Of a DNA stretch of 64,000 bases, positions 1 through 12,514 are shown in pieces. Below the pieces are notes generated by a model, which was not told where the DNA came from, did no database searches, and saw nothing but the letters and a program-made list of their open reading frames with translations. The position numbers and the translations under genes are program-made. Position 1 is the first letter of the stretch, and every line of letters begins with the position of its first letter. This stretch comes from Eledone cirrhosa. Its lineage: Eukaryota. The stretch covers positions 376,898,001 to 376,962,000 of the forward strand of contig OZ024741.1 of assembly GCA_964016885.1 (NCBI GenBank). The letters run 5' to 3'.

Positions 1-171
1 AAATCCTTCGTAAACATGAACATTTTTTTGACGCTAGATTATTCATCCTCAATTCATTATTTTTTTCTCCCTTTCTTGCTCATCTAACCTATTCATCCAA
101 TCTTCTACTTCTTTCACAATATATCCTTAATTACATTACTATTGCTATATTTTTATATTTTTTAATAATAC

Positions 172-335
172 ATATCAACAATTTCTTTCCATTGCACATA
201 TTATTAAACCCTTAAATATTATTCTTAATACATATTAACAATTTCTTTTCATCGCATATATTATTAAACCCTTAAATATTATTCTTAATAAATATTAACA
301 ATTTCTATTCATCGCACATATTATTAAACCCTTCA
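172..335. repeat. ~60-bp AT-rich tandem repeat, ~2.7 copies
   Basis: atatYaacaatttctWtYcatYgcaYatattattaaacccttMaatat recurs at 60-nt spacing. Confidence 0.85.
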
Positions 336-683
336 ATATACAAACCTTAATTTAACATTATTTTTCTCTTCGTTAATTTTCAAATTCTTTTAATTTATAT
401 ATTATCTTCCAACGGTTTTTCAACCTCTCTATGTAAAACAATACATTTTTCTCAGTTATAAAAGCTATCTCTCTCTCACTATCACCCATCTCTCCTCCTA
501 TCTCATCCTTCCTCATTATACTACTCCTCCTCCACTTTTTACTCTCATCTTCTCCTCTTTTTCACCCACCCCGCTCAACATTTTTTTTCCCAATATCACA
601 CATCAATCTAAAACTACTTTTCATATGTTGATTTAAAACTGCACTATTCACAAGTGTTTTTTAACCTTCATATCATGTCTCCC

Positions 684-754
684 TATTTTATCTGACGAAA
701 ACGCAAATGTTATTGCATGATGATATTTGTTTGTGAAATGCGAATAATAAAATA
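684..754 (+). ncRNA. Type I hammerhead ribozyme, canonical core
   Basis: Stem I TATTTTAT(684-691)/ATAAAATA(747-754); CTGACGA(692-698); long imperfect stem II AAACGCAAATGTTATT-gcat-GATGATATTTGTTTGT; GAAA(735-738); near-palindromic stem III A-TGCGAA-T; NUH=ATA. (TA)n starts ~30 nt downstream. Confidence 0.8.
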
Positions 755-782
755 CATGGAACTTTTAACCATCTTTTGATCT

Positions 783-824
<42 letters not shown>

Positions 825-943
825 AGGTGTGTGTATATATATATATGTGTATATTTGAGTGTGTGTGTGTGTGTATGTATGTGTATGTATGTGCGTGTCT
901 GTGTATATGTATGTGTGTGTGTGCGTATATATGTGTGTATATA

Positions 944-1041
<98 letters not shown>

Positions 1042-1552
1042 TATATGTATATGTACGTGTGTGTCCGTGTGTGTGTGTGTGTGTGTGCAGATGCATATGC
1101 ATGTATGTATACATCCATGAATGTATATATGTGTGTGTGTATATGTGTATATATGTATATATATATATATATATGTGTGTGTGTATATGTATGTGTGTGT
1201 ATATATATATACACACACACATGCGTGCGCATGTGCACATGCACACATTTGCACATACATACGCATGCGCACATGCATATATGCACCTACACATCTTGTG
1301 TATATGTGTATGTGTGTATGTATATATGTATGTATGTGTATATATATATATATATATGTTTATGTGTATATATGTATATGTATGTGTGCGTATATGTGCG
1401 TGTGTGTGTATGTGTATGTGTACATGTGTGCATGTGTGCATGTGCATGTGCACACACGTGTACACATGTATACACATGTGTATCTGCAGGTGCATACATG
1501 TACACAAATACACATGCGCACGCGCGTGTGCACATATATATGTGTGTGTATA

Positions 1553-1595
<43 letters not shown>

Positions 1596-1629
1596 TATAT
1601 ATATATATGTATATATGTGTATATATATA

Positions 1630-1660
<31 letters not shown>

Positions 1661-1777
1661 GTGTTTCTGTGGTTCTCTCTGTGTGTGTATTTTTTTTATT
1701 CATATATGTGTGTATTCGTGTATATATGTGTATATATGTGTGTGTGTGTATATATATATATGTATATGTATATATAA

Positions 1778-1851
<74 letters not shown>

Positions 1852-1864
1852 GTATTTATAAGTG

Positions 1865-1898
<34 letters not shown>

Positions 1899-2071
1899 GA
1901 AATATATATATATGTATATGTATATATGTATGTATTCACATGTATATGTGTATATGTGTGTATGTGTGTATATGTGTATATGTAGGTGTATGTATGTATG
2001 TGTGTGTGTGTATATATATATATATATGTATGTGTGTATGTGTGTACGTATGTTTGTATATATGTGTGTAC

Positions 2072-2143
<72 letters not shown>

Positions 2144-2280
2144 GTATCTGTGTATATATATGTGTGTGTATATGTATATATATATGTATATGTATGTGTG
2201 TATGTATATATATATATATATATATATGTATATGTGGGTGTATGTGGGTGCGCGCGAGTGTGTGAGTGTGTGTGTGTTTG
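783..2280. repeat. Compound (TA)n/(TG)n/(CA)n microsatellite field
   Basis: Directly visible; accounts for all YI/VC/HT ORFs in this interval. Confidence 0.98.
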
Positions 2281-2799
2281 TGAATATGTCTGTTGATTTT
2301 TGGCATATAGTTGAATAGTTTAAGAGAAATTTGAACATAATCGTATGATATGCACTCAATATTTTGAATTGGTCTATAGAATTCTCTAGGCCTTTGTAAC
2401 TTAGTAGAACCTTAAAGAATTTAGCTTTTAAAGAATATCCCTTTTCTTTAAATCCATCAACCACGACTGACCCCCGATGATCTTATACCACCTGTTAGCT
2501 TAAGAGAAACTTAAAAATAAGGAGTGGCACCCCATCCTGAACTTTTTTATAGAATTTTTTTCTGCCTTTGTTACTCTAAAAATAAACTATAGCTTTGAAG
2601 AATTAGCTTTTAATGAATTCCATTTTCTATCAAGCAATGACCTACACCCTCTCACTTCCTACCCTCTCCTACCACGTGAAGAGACCTATAAATACCATAC
2701 TTATTTTTTGATACCCAGATTCTTGATAATTTCTAAAGAATGAAACAGTTCTAGTCCTGTAGAATCTCATCTATATTAAAACTTTTATAGAATTAATTA

Positions 2800-3115
2800 T
2801 AAATAGGCCCACAAGCTACGTTACCTGAGCTGAGTCTGAAGATCCCATAGTTATGTCGAAATTATTATTTCTATCTGCCCTAGTCCAGAGTTGGTTATTA
2901 AATTCTATTAATGTTTTCCGTGCCGATAATATAATGTGCATTTCATTGCTAGTTATGTCTGTATGTTTAAATGCGTAAGTTAGTGCCTTATTCAGTATAT
3001 TAGGAGTGATAGATGACTAGTTGTTAGCAATATCCAACTGAATAAATCTATTATTATAGTTATATTTAATTTCTTTAAACCAATCGATAACCTCACTAGT
3101 CCCTTCCATAATTAT
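2800..3115 (-). pseudogene. Inverted segment of PLE reverse transcriptase
   Basis: Minus-strand translation WKGTSEVIDWFKEIK..RFIQLDI..LNKAL..SARKTL..FDITMGSSDSAQVT*LVGL; homologous to the RT at 60.4-60.75 kb. Confidence 0.8.
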
Positions 3116-3119
3116 AATT

Positions 3120-4560
3120 AAGATAAATTAGGTAAATTCTTAATTATCTACATAGAAAAATACCAGGTGTAACCGGTGGTTTATATCGTGACGACATGCT
3201 TTTACTTATAGAAAATAATAGCTGTGAACTAAATAGAAAAAGAAAACAAATTATACAATTGTTTAATTACCTTAATCTAAAAGTAGAAATAAAGAATAAC
3301 CATAAAATAGCCAATTTTCTAGATGTAACACTAAATCTTAACACATGTCTTCATTATCCATTTCACAAACCAAATGAGAACTTAAATTATGTAAATTTTA
3401 ACTCTAATCACTCCAGATCCGTTAAAAATACTATAGTGAACTCTGTACAAGAACGCATTTCGAGAATTTCATCTATAAGAATACATTTGATGAAAAAGCG
3501 CATTATTACAACGAAGCGTTAGGTAGAGCTGGGTATAGAAATAAAATTAAATACATCGATAATAATAATAATATAAAAACTAACCAAAATAATAACAATT
3601 TTAACTATGGTAACAATTTTAACAATAATAATAGAAAACATTACAATAATTCCGAAAGCCGTAAAAGAAATAGAACTAGGAATATAGTATGGTTCACTCC
3701 TCCTTTCTCACTAAATATTAAACCCCTATTGCTAAACTATTCTTTAAAGCTCTTGACAAACGCTTCCCTAGAACACACAGATATTACTCAATTTTTAATA
3801 GACATACTATACAATTAACTTACTCTTCCACCAAAAATTTAGCGCAAAATATTAATAGAATTAATAATAGAAATTTAAAACCTAACCAAAATACTAATAA
3901 TAACCCAAGCAATATTCAATCGAATAAGTGTAACTGTAGAAATAAATCCAACTGTCCGTTAAATAACAATTGCTTAGCTAAAAATGTAGTTTATAATTGT
4001 AATGTAAAAACTAATTTAAATTCATTTAATTATGTCGGTTCTACCTCCACAGAGTTTAAATCCCGCTTCAATAATCATAAAAGTTCTTTTACAGATCCAA
4101 ACAAAAAATCTTCATCTAGCCTATTATGGGACCTAAAACGAGATAATGTTGAATATTCGCTGATTTGGAATATTATTTAAAAAGTTACTCTTTTTAATTC
4201 CTCTTCAGAAAATTGCGATCTTTGTATAGAGGAAATATTCTTTATATTAAAGACCAAAAATTCCCTAAATTTAAGGAATAATTTATTCAGTTGCTGCAGA
4301 AATAGATTGAACTCAACGTTTAAATATAAATATAAATTTAAAATGTAGTATAATTAATTAAGTAATTTGGTTAATATATGAAACCTGTCGATAAATCATT
4401 AGATTCGTTCACCTTTCTCATTTTCTTTGGTTAAATACTCAAGTATAAATAAATTTTCTTCCTAAATATAAATATAAATATAATAAACTATTCTAGAGAA
4501 ATATATTGAGAGCTCTTGAAAGGAGAAACTATTTCCTATTTCTTATATTTTTCATATTTT
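3120..4560 (+). mobile_element. Degenerate Penelope-like element (Naiad-type): RT C-terminus, GIY-YIG and 3' UTR
   Basis: GGLYRDD, NFLDVTLNL, PFHKPN..YVN..SNH, RNIVWFTPPFS, CNCRNKSNCPLNNNCL..NVVY..YVGSTSTEFKSRFNNHKSSF, CDLCIEE; frameshifts and stops present. Confidence 0.88.
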
Positions 4561-6007
4561 TCATATTTTTTATTTTTTATATTTTTTTATATTTTATTTA
4601 TTTTTTATTAGGTTTGTTTTTATTCTGATAGCTTCCCATAATTTTCGAAAGTTTATCCTTTCAATATCTTGAGTAAAATATACGTAAGATAAATGTCTAT
4701 ACTAAATCTATTAAACATATTATTTTAACTTAAAATATTCTATAATATTTTTAAATATTTTAATATTTTAATATTTTAGAATTCTTTTGTTTTTAAGCTA
4801 TATTGATATAATTATATTTCCAAAATATAATCATTTTGTATTTTATGTACTCAATTATACTATATAATATATTGATGTACACTTATCTCTATACGAATAT
4901 GTATGTATATGTGTGTATTAACATACATATACATGTGTTATATGCATTTTTATGAATATATGCCTGTCTGTATATATGCACGAGTGACGCGTGTCTACCA
5001 ATTGGCTGAGGATGCACACACATGTTTATATATGTATATGTAAGAATTGTGTGTGTACATGTACATGTGTACCCATACAATTTGATTGCAGATAGGCATA
5101 ATTTAACAGCCATAAATGCATGAAAGCTAATCCTATATAGTTATACATATATATAGAAAAAAATTTTTTTATAACACAAGGGATGTATAACATTAATAAA
5201 AAAAATAATTTATGGTTTGTATGTATATATTATATACGGGAGTAGATATAATGTGTATTTTCTGAGTGTGTATATATATATATATATATTTATGTGTATT
5301 TTTGCGTGTGTGTACGTGTTATATGATAGGTAATTTCTCTAGCAATATATATATTTCGTAATGTTTAAATTCCAATTTTTAATATATTGATCTCAATTTT
5401 TAAACTAAATATTTAATCATAGTTAAACAATGATTAATTTCTCATATTATATATGTATATTCCATTCATGAATATTAATATTTCTAATTTTATTTATTCA
5501 TTTCATCTCAATTGTTAACTTAACTTAATATGACATGATTTAAGGTTTTCGTTCTCTCCCCCTCTCTCTATCTCTATATTTCTCTCTCTTGATTTTTCTC
5601 TCTGGCTGGTGTTTTGATATCTCTCTCTTGATTTTCTCTGTTTTCTTTTGTTCTTTTTTCTTTTTTCTTTTTTCTTTTTTCTTTTTTCTTTTTTCTTTTT
5701 TCTTTTTTCTTTTTCTTTCTTTATCTCTCCCTTTCTTTCTCCGCTTTTCTCTCTCGGTTTTTCTCTCTCTCCGTCTCTTTCCTTCTCCTTAACACAACGA
5801 CTTACTAAGATAAACAAATCCACTATCCCTGATGTCTTCCAAAAGTAACGGTTGCATTTTGACAGGGTATGTCAATATTTATTTATAAAACTGGTATATA
5901 TTGTATTTTGTCTCATGAAAGCATACCATAATTGAACATGGTATCCTTGAAATATGTATAATAAAACAGATATGGTTTGATAAATATAGTTTCCATTTGT
6001 TAATAAC

Positions 6008-6075
<68 letters not shown>

Positions 6076-6334
6076 ATATGCACATATATATTCGCATTTA
6101 TCTGAATGTGTGTATATATTTTTTATCATTTGATTATTTTCTTACCCTTCTTTTCACATGTATATTTCCCCTTTATTTTTCCAGCCTCCCCTCCTATTTT
6201 AAACAGATTTAAAATCTCTATTCATATCTTTTATCTATAACATTTCTGACTGATGACCGATCCAGACGTATATTATTATCGTCTGTGATCCAGAGATCTT
6301 TGTTCAAATTCTAATTAAATATATATATATATAA

Positions 6335-6460
6335 CTTTGCTGTTCGTCCTTACGGGGTCGATAAAATAAAGCACCAGTAATGCACTTGGGTCAATTTAAT
6401 CGACTTTCCCCTCCCCAAAATTGCTGGCCTTGTGCCCATATAAGAAACAATTATTATTAT
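6335..6460 (+). mobile_element. SINE fragment (3' part)
   Basis: aactttgc..tccttacggggtcgataaaataaagcaccagtaatgcac..gctggccttgtgcc..gaaacaatt(att)n; same family as 45810-45995. Confidence 0.8.
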
Positions 6461-6677
6461 CAATATTTATTGTAATTAAATATGATACTACGTATAAATA
6501 ACACCGAAATTGCGAGAACACGCTTTTGGTTGAGACAATTCGATATATTCTACCAGCAATTTTCAGTGCTCTAACCCGTGGGTAGCTTTACCAAACCCTT
6601 ACTATTATATCCATCTATGTATCTATCTCTCCCTTTCTCTCTTTCTCCATGACTCTCTCTCTCTCTCTCTTTCTCAC

Positions 6678-7058
6678 TACGGTTTTCCCACTTGCATCTG
6701 CTGGACACCTCTAGAGGGCGTTAGCCCCAGTGTTTCCTAAAACCGTGTTTCTTTAGAAATACGAAATTTCTATACATATTTGTATAAAGTTATGCTTGAA
6801 GAAAATCTTATTTCTTTTCTATTATAAGTTGAGCCAACTTATGCAGCTTCATATGCAAATGAGATTAATCACCTCATTTACACAGACGAAAAAACTATAT
6901 ATTCTCCACTGTTTTCAAGTCCAGCAGTCGGAAGCGGTGGGAGGGACTGTCCTGAAGAAGGCCTGTCGAGCCTGAAATGCATAGACGGTTGTCCCCCTTG
7001 CTCTTGCTGGACACAACCAGAGGGCGTTTGCCCCGGCGTTTCTATAGCTATGGCTTCC

Positions 7059-7062
<4 letters not shown>
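6678..7062 (+). mobile_element. Retrozyme-like non-coding element: ~306-nt unit plus partial second copy
   Basis: Direct repeat acggttKtcccMcttgc..tgctggacac..agagggcgttWgcccc at 6679 and 6985; HHR at the junction; ends in (TA)n. Confidence 0.7.
6946..6989 (+). ncRNA. Type I hammerhead ribozyme, intact canonical core
   Basis: ACTGTC-CTGAAGA-AGGC-ctgtcga-GCCT-GAAA-TGCA-TA^-GACGGT; palindromic stem III ATGCAT; stem I extends (gggac/gtccc). Confidence 0.92.
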
Positions 7063-7094
<32 letters not shown>

Positions 7095-7162
7095 TGAAAG
7101 GTATAGAAAATATTGTAGCAAAAAGCCAACAGTATTCCATAATATATAAGTGACTATAGCGT

Positions 7163-7233
<71 letters not shown>

Positions 7234-7416
7234 TAATAAGAATGAAACGCGTAGGTTACTTCCCTTGCTTTTATCGAGAATCTCAAATTGTAATACGTGA
7301 CGTATTCTATTCTATAGCGATTAGGTCTTCAAAATGTTTATTATAAACATACAGAATATTTTCGAATATTCTGTGTTTATCTTCACATATATATCGCTAT
7401 TTCAGAGCATTAAATC

Positions 7417-7479
<63 letters not shown>

Positions 7480-8139
7480 ATACTTATAACTGTTTACATA
7501 TTGTCTTATATAAATTTTTCATCTAGACGTCAATATTTTTTCTGCAGATTTCTTTGTAAAATCAAGACAAATCGTAAAACAAATCTCCATGGAATAATAT
7601 CGTGTGTGATATCACCAACATTTTCATGATATTTCAAATCAAATAGCTGTAAAAAATAAAAATATACACTTACGAAATTATATATATTATTTGCAAATCC
7701 TTTAATTTGCATCAGTATATTTCAGTCCCCAAACTAGATTTATTTCGAAATTTCCCAATATATAATGTCTAACACATTTCAACACACTCTAAGTTTACTA
7801 AATCTATTGTCAGAAGGTTAAATAATAGTTTTACATTCTAGAATAAAGAAATCATTCATTTCATATTCATATTGTATTTTTTGACGAAATATATTAAAGA
7901 AAGAAACAAATGTATTCTTTAAAAAAAAGCAAATGTGTAATGTTATCTGTACTTTATAAGTTAGGTTTTAATGTAATCTGCGGCACAACATTAATTCTAA
8001 CAAACAAAACGTTAAATTAATCAAATAATAGCCAAAACGAAATTGAAACCAATTGTATAGTCTGCAACATGCTCAGATGCGTACTGAGGTTAATTATGTA
8101 TACAGAAATTTAATAAAAAAATATTTACCGAAACAAATA

Positions 8140-8300
8140 TTTGTTTCTACTTTAGGATCAAGACCAGCAATTTGTAGGGGGGTGGGAAAGTCGATTAAAC
8201 CTCGGTGGGATTTGAATTACGAATCTAAAGGGCCGCTACTCTATATCATGAAGCATAGTGTCCGGTGCTCTAATGATACTGCCAATCCACCGCGCTTGCT
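8140..8300 (-). mobile_element. tRNA-derived SINE, diverged
   Basis: ttgtttctactttagg..ccagcaatt..aacctcgg..gatttgaa..aagcatagtgtcc..gatactgccaa; collinear with 45810-45995. Confidence 0.75.
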
Positions 8301-8326
8301 GAAAAAAAATATTAGAATATATGTGA

Positions 8327-8474
<148 letters not shown>

Positions 8475-8739
8475 AATGGAGTGCTGCGTGGTTGCACATG
8501 GGTTACATATGAATAAAATGAGTCCTTCATCAGTGATCTTCCAACCTTTATTGGTATTTTATCGCTTTAAGAATCATATACCTCTGGTTGGTGCGAGCAA
8601 TAACTAAATACAGTTATTGGGACAAGTAAAATAGGGTGAAGCGAGCGAGACATATAAACAAACATCGATGGTTTGCAACGGAAAGATAGGAAGAGACAAG
8701 TACATGATATCTATATGCTTAAGCTTGGCGAAATCATGA

Positions 8740-8771
8740 TTGAGTAATCAATGAACCATATTAATCTTTGG

Positions 8772-8808
<37 letters not shown>

Positions 8809-8846
8809 TATAACCAAAAATTAATATGGTTCATTGATTAGTCAAT
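8740..8846. repeat. ~34-bp inverted repeat enclosing a (TA)n tract
   Basis: attgagtaatcaatgaaccatattaatctttggtt / aaccaaaaattaatatggttcattgattagtcaat. Confidence 0.85.
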
Positions 8847-9138
8847 GGATATAGTTTTACAATAGATTAAAAAAACTCTACAGTAAAGATTTCTGGAGTT
8901 ATTATTCAGATTAATAATAAATGAATGTGTCTGTTTATTTATTTTCTTCTTGTATTTCCTCATATTAACCCCCTCCCTATACCCATATCTCGCTCCACAT
9001 CCTCTTCTTCTTTAAATTTAAGTTTATCATGTTATTATTTGTGGTATATAAATGTTGAGATTTGTTGTAATAAATCACTACCAATACTGGAATTGAACTA
9101 TCAAGACCGTTCAGATATGTCATACATCAATTCACGTA

Positions 9139-9200
9139 TTTTATCTGACGGGAACGTACTGAAAAAACAGCACAGTACCTTCGAAATATATATAATAAAA
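9139..9200 (+). ncRNA. Type I hammerhead ribozyme motif with A9G substitution
   Basis: TTTTAT-CTGACGG-GAACGTACTG-loop-CAGTACCTTC-GAAA-TATATA-TA^-ATAAAA; (TA)n ~50 nt downstream. Confidence 0.75.
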
Positions 9201-11841
9201 ATATATTTTGATTATGTGAATGTCTTCATTTATTATTATTCTGAATAAAGTATATATATATACATATAAGTACAATATTTCATATTCTCCTTCTGGAGTT
9301 TCTTTGTTTGAACCAATATAGTTTTCAGAGTTAACTTTCTTTAATAAAAGATTGATTTATGACTTGAATATTCAGTTATTTTCTTTACTTGATATAATAT
9401 ATTTTTTTAATAGCCACATAATGTCTATAGTACATTTTAGAGGAAATGCTTTTAGTCATGATTATCGAAACGGAAATTAAATTTAATGCTATATTATACC
9501 CAAATAAATTTTTCAACATGCCCACAAACAATGATTTTGTAGTGTATTATTATTCGTGATAGTTTATGATACATTTTACGAGATTTTTTATTATGCTTTC
9601 ATCTGTGCTATAGTGTTATGAATTTAAATTCATTACCACATTTTCTGTCTGATTAGTGTATTTATATTTGATGTTAGCCTCACGTATTTCATGCATGTTA
9701 TGTTTGTATAGTAGTTTTTTAACATTAGAATAGCAGGTGTTAATTAATATTCTGTGGAGTTCCTTATCTAGTGCTTAGCTTTAGAATATGAAGGTTTTTC
9801 TTAGCGATGATTCTCTTACTCATAATTTGTAACTCTGCAGACATCCACTTTCTCTATATTATTAAATAAAAGTTTTTGTGGCATTAGTGTACAACGACGT
9901 GATGCATCGGATGTTGATTTAATCACAGTGCTTATATCTAGAAATAGAATCGAATTTATATTCATCTGTGTTTCATTTTAGGACGAAAATGGTTTCTAGG
10001 CTTTCCATTAAATACTCGCCATCTTTAAGTGTGTCCAATAGAGCGACTATGTGGTTCTTATATCTGATGCACAGTACATTGTATTCTATATTTGCATTAT
10101 ATATTACCGAGAACGTGGGCACTAATTTGGTACCCATGTAATCAATTTCCCATATAAATTGCTTTATGGGCTGTGAAAATTCGCATCAGTTTTACAAACC
10201 ATAAATAATTCCTGGTTTTGGCCATAGAAGTACCACACTTTCCTTTAGGCTCACAATATACTGAAAGTAAGGTGCAGTTGCATAACACCCTAGAAACCAA
10301 AGGCATATAGGAATATAGAACAATACTAATGAAAGCTTAAACAAATTCTTATGAAATTAAACTGTTGTAGCTATTCGAAGTTAGTATTCACCAAGATGTG
10401 TATGCTTATTAAATTCACTCCTCTAAGTTTACAAACACTTTGCTCTATTTTTCAGATAAGATATCAGAAAAAAAGCATTTCACAGCACTTCATCTGATGT
10501 AAACTTTAATGAGTAGTTTCGCTCCCTTTGTACGTGAAGAAGATAGAGATAACTAAAGTGCAATATTTGATATTTCCTGTTTTTTTAAGTTCTCCTAATT
10601 ACTTTTCAAATTCTCCGCGAACTACTTCGAATTTCTAACAACGATAAATGTTCTGATTTAGATTATTTGGGAGTTAAGGATTGCATGTCACAGAAGAGTG
10701 TCAATTCTGATTAGATTATATGTTATTATGTGTTTCAGAAAGGGTGTTCATGCAGTCACACAAGTTTTTTTCTGTGACAATGACTATATAACTATAGCTG
10801 ACACATAGTATTTGATGAAGAAAATTACAGTTAAGCATTCCTGAGAATGTAGTTCTGCAAGCTTATATATTTCGTATCGTATGTTACTATGTAAAACATT
10901 AAAATAACTAAACAAATATAGAAATCTAGAGATATTTTCTTAAATTACTACCTATTATATTAAATCGACTAGCATTATTTTTCATTTCATATTTGAAGTT
11001 GTGTGATTCACTACGGAAAAGTACAAGGAATGAATCTAATACAAAATTACAAATATTGTTTATTCTACATTTTTTTCCGTATTCATTTACAGATATGCCT
11101 TTAAGCTTATCATTCCATTTCAGTTAATTGCTTATGTGTTTCAACAGCCATTTTGGCTCACCGATAAAAGCAAGTATAGAAAACTACCTAACATTTCAAA
11201 CCACCGCCGTTGCAAAATAGAAGAAAATGCTGGGAAATTTACGAGACACGTCTGACGTGTTTTTACTAAGAAACAAAACGAACAATAGTTTTAATGCAAA
11301 ACTGTTGAGGAACACTGCCGTAGTGAGCAGGCATTAATTTTTGGATATATGGAGCACTAAACCAGTGCTAATTACCCAGTTATGTAGTAAAGAAAAGTTC
11401 ACGAGCCTCTATAGTTTCACCTCTCACTACACCATGATTGTCAGATTAATTTTGTATTTCTGAGGACGTGATATCACATCTATGGTGTCTGACATGCCCA
11501 AGCTACCATGCACTACATATCAGGACGAAAGCCGGCTTTCCAAAGACCAATAACCGGACGAAACGTTGCAGTTATTTAACGATTACCATGTATTTTCCTT
11601 TGCTGAAGGTATTAAATGACTAATCAAGAGGAGTTGAGTAGATATATACACAATAAATTAAACTGAATTAACGCATATGTTAAATGTGTTAACTATTACT
11701 CACCTATTGCCTACACCTGGACACAGATATACACACACACGCAAGCGCAAACACGCAAACTCACACCCACACAATATATACACATAGATAGAGAGATAGA
11801 CTGATAGAGAGGGTGTTATATATACGTGCGTGTGTGTGTGG

Positions 11842-12514
11842 TGTCAACCTTAACCAGTTTTGCTCGATGATCGAAAGATCTAAAATGATCAAAATAATTA
11901 AAATAACTCGATAATCAGAGCTATATATCAAATTACAAAATAAGAGGAAATAATAGACGAAAGTATACCTATTTATTATTCAAAGTCCCAACTGCGCAGT
12001 TTCACTGATCCATATACAACAATTTGTTAAGGAACACCCCAGAGGAAAGGACTGTTTTCCAGACGCGTTTGTAGCAAGTGAGAAAGTCTGTATAGACGAA
12101 GGGAGGAATTAACACTTGATATGTCGGTCGAGAAAAAGGAGTGTTTCACTTATAGCTAGTGAAAATATGTCAGAAGGTGGAAGGAGCATGAATACATGAT
12201 ACAGACGTCTCAGGCGGGTAGTGATGTGACCAGAAAGTGACTATTGTATTTGCTAGAGAAAGCACTTAGTAATCTTTCGGGCTAACTCCACCAGAGGGGA
12301 GTTCGAGACAATATAATAATGAGACACACACACACACACACACACGATAAGTGGATGGATGTAACTGTTGGTATGGTGGCTTAGATGTAAATAAAAATAC
12401 CAGGATTGTGTTGTTACAAAGTTTATTTTATTATAACAATATTCAATTTGAATATTGAATGATAAAATCAATAACACAAAATATTCATACAATAATTTGG
12501 TGGTTCTTCGAGCC
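11842..12514 (+). mobile_element. Probable BEL/Pao-type LTR followed by a tRNA-Tyr primer-binding site
   Basis: TG..CA-bounded segment containing AATAAA, then TGGTTCTTCGAGCC (12501-12514), 13/14 match to the complement of the tRNA-Tyr 3' end (TGGTCCTTCGAGCC); no gag/pol seen; LTR start uncertain. Confidence 0.45.

Noticed and set aside
688-2464. Many long ORFs (YI/VC/HT repeats), also at 8-16 kb, 23 kb and 55-59 kb
   Set aside because: They are translations of dinucleotide microsatellites that lack stop codons.
2836-2870. CTGAAGA...GAAA
   Set aside because: Lies antisense within RT coding sequence with no supporting stems; likely coincidental.
6250-6310. CTGATGA with a long stem II hairpin before (TA)n
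   Set aside because: GAGA replaces GAAA and stems I/III are poor. Probably a decayed HHR; not counted.
7244-7255. GAAACGCGTA (HHR 3' half)
   Set aside because: No intact 5' core or stems; truncated at best.
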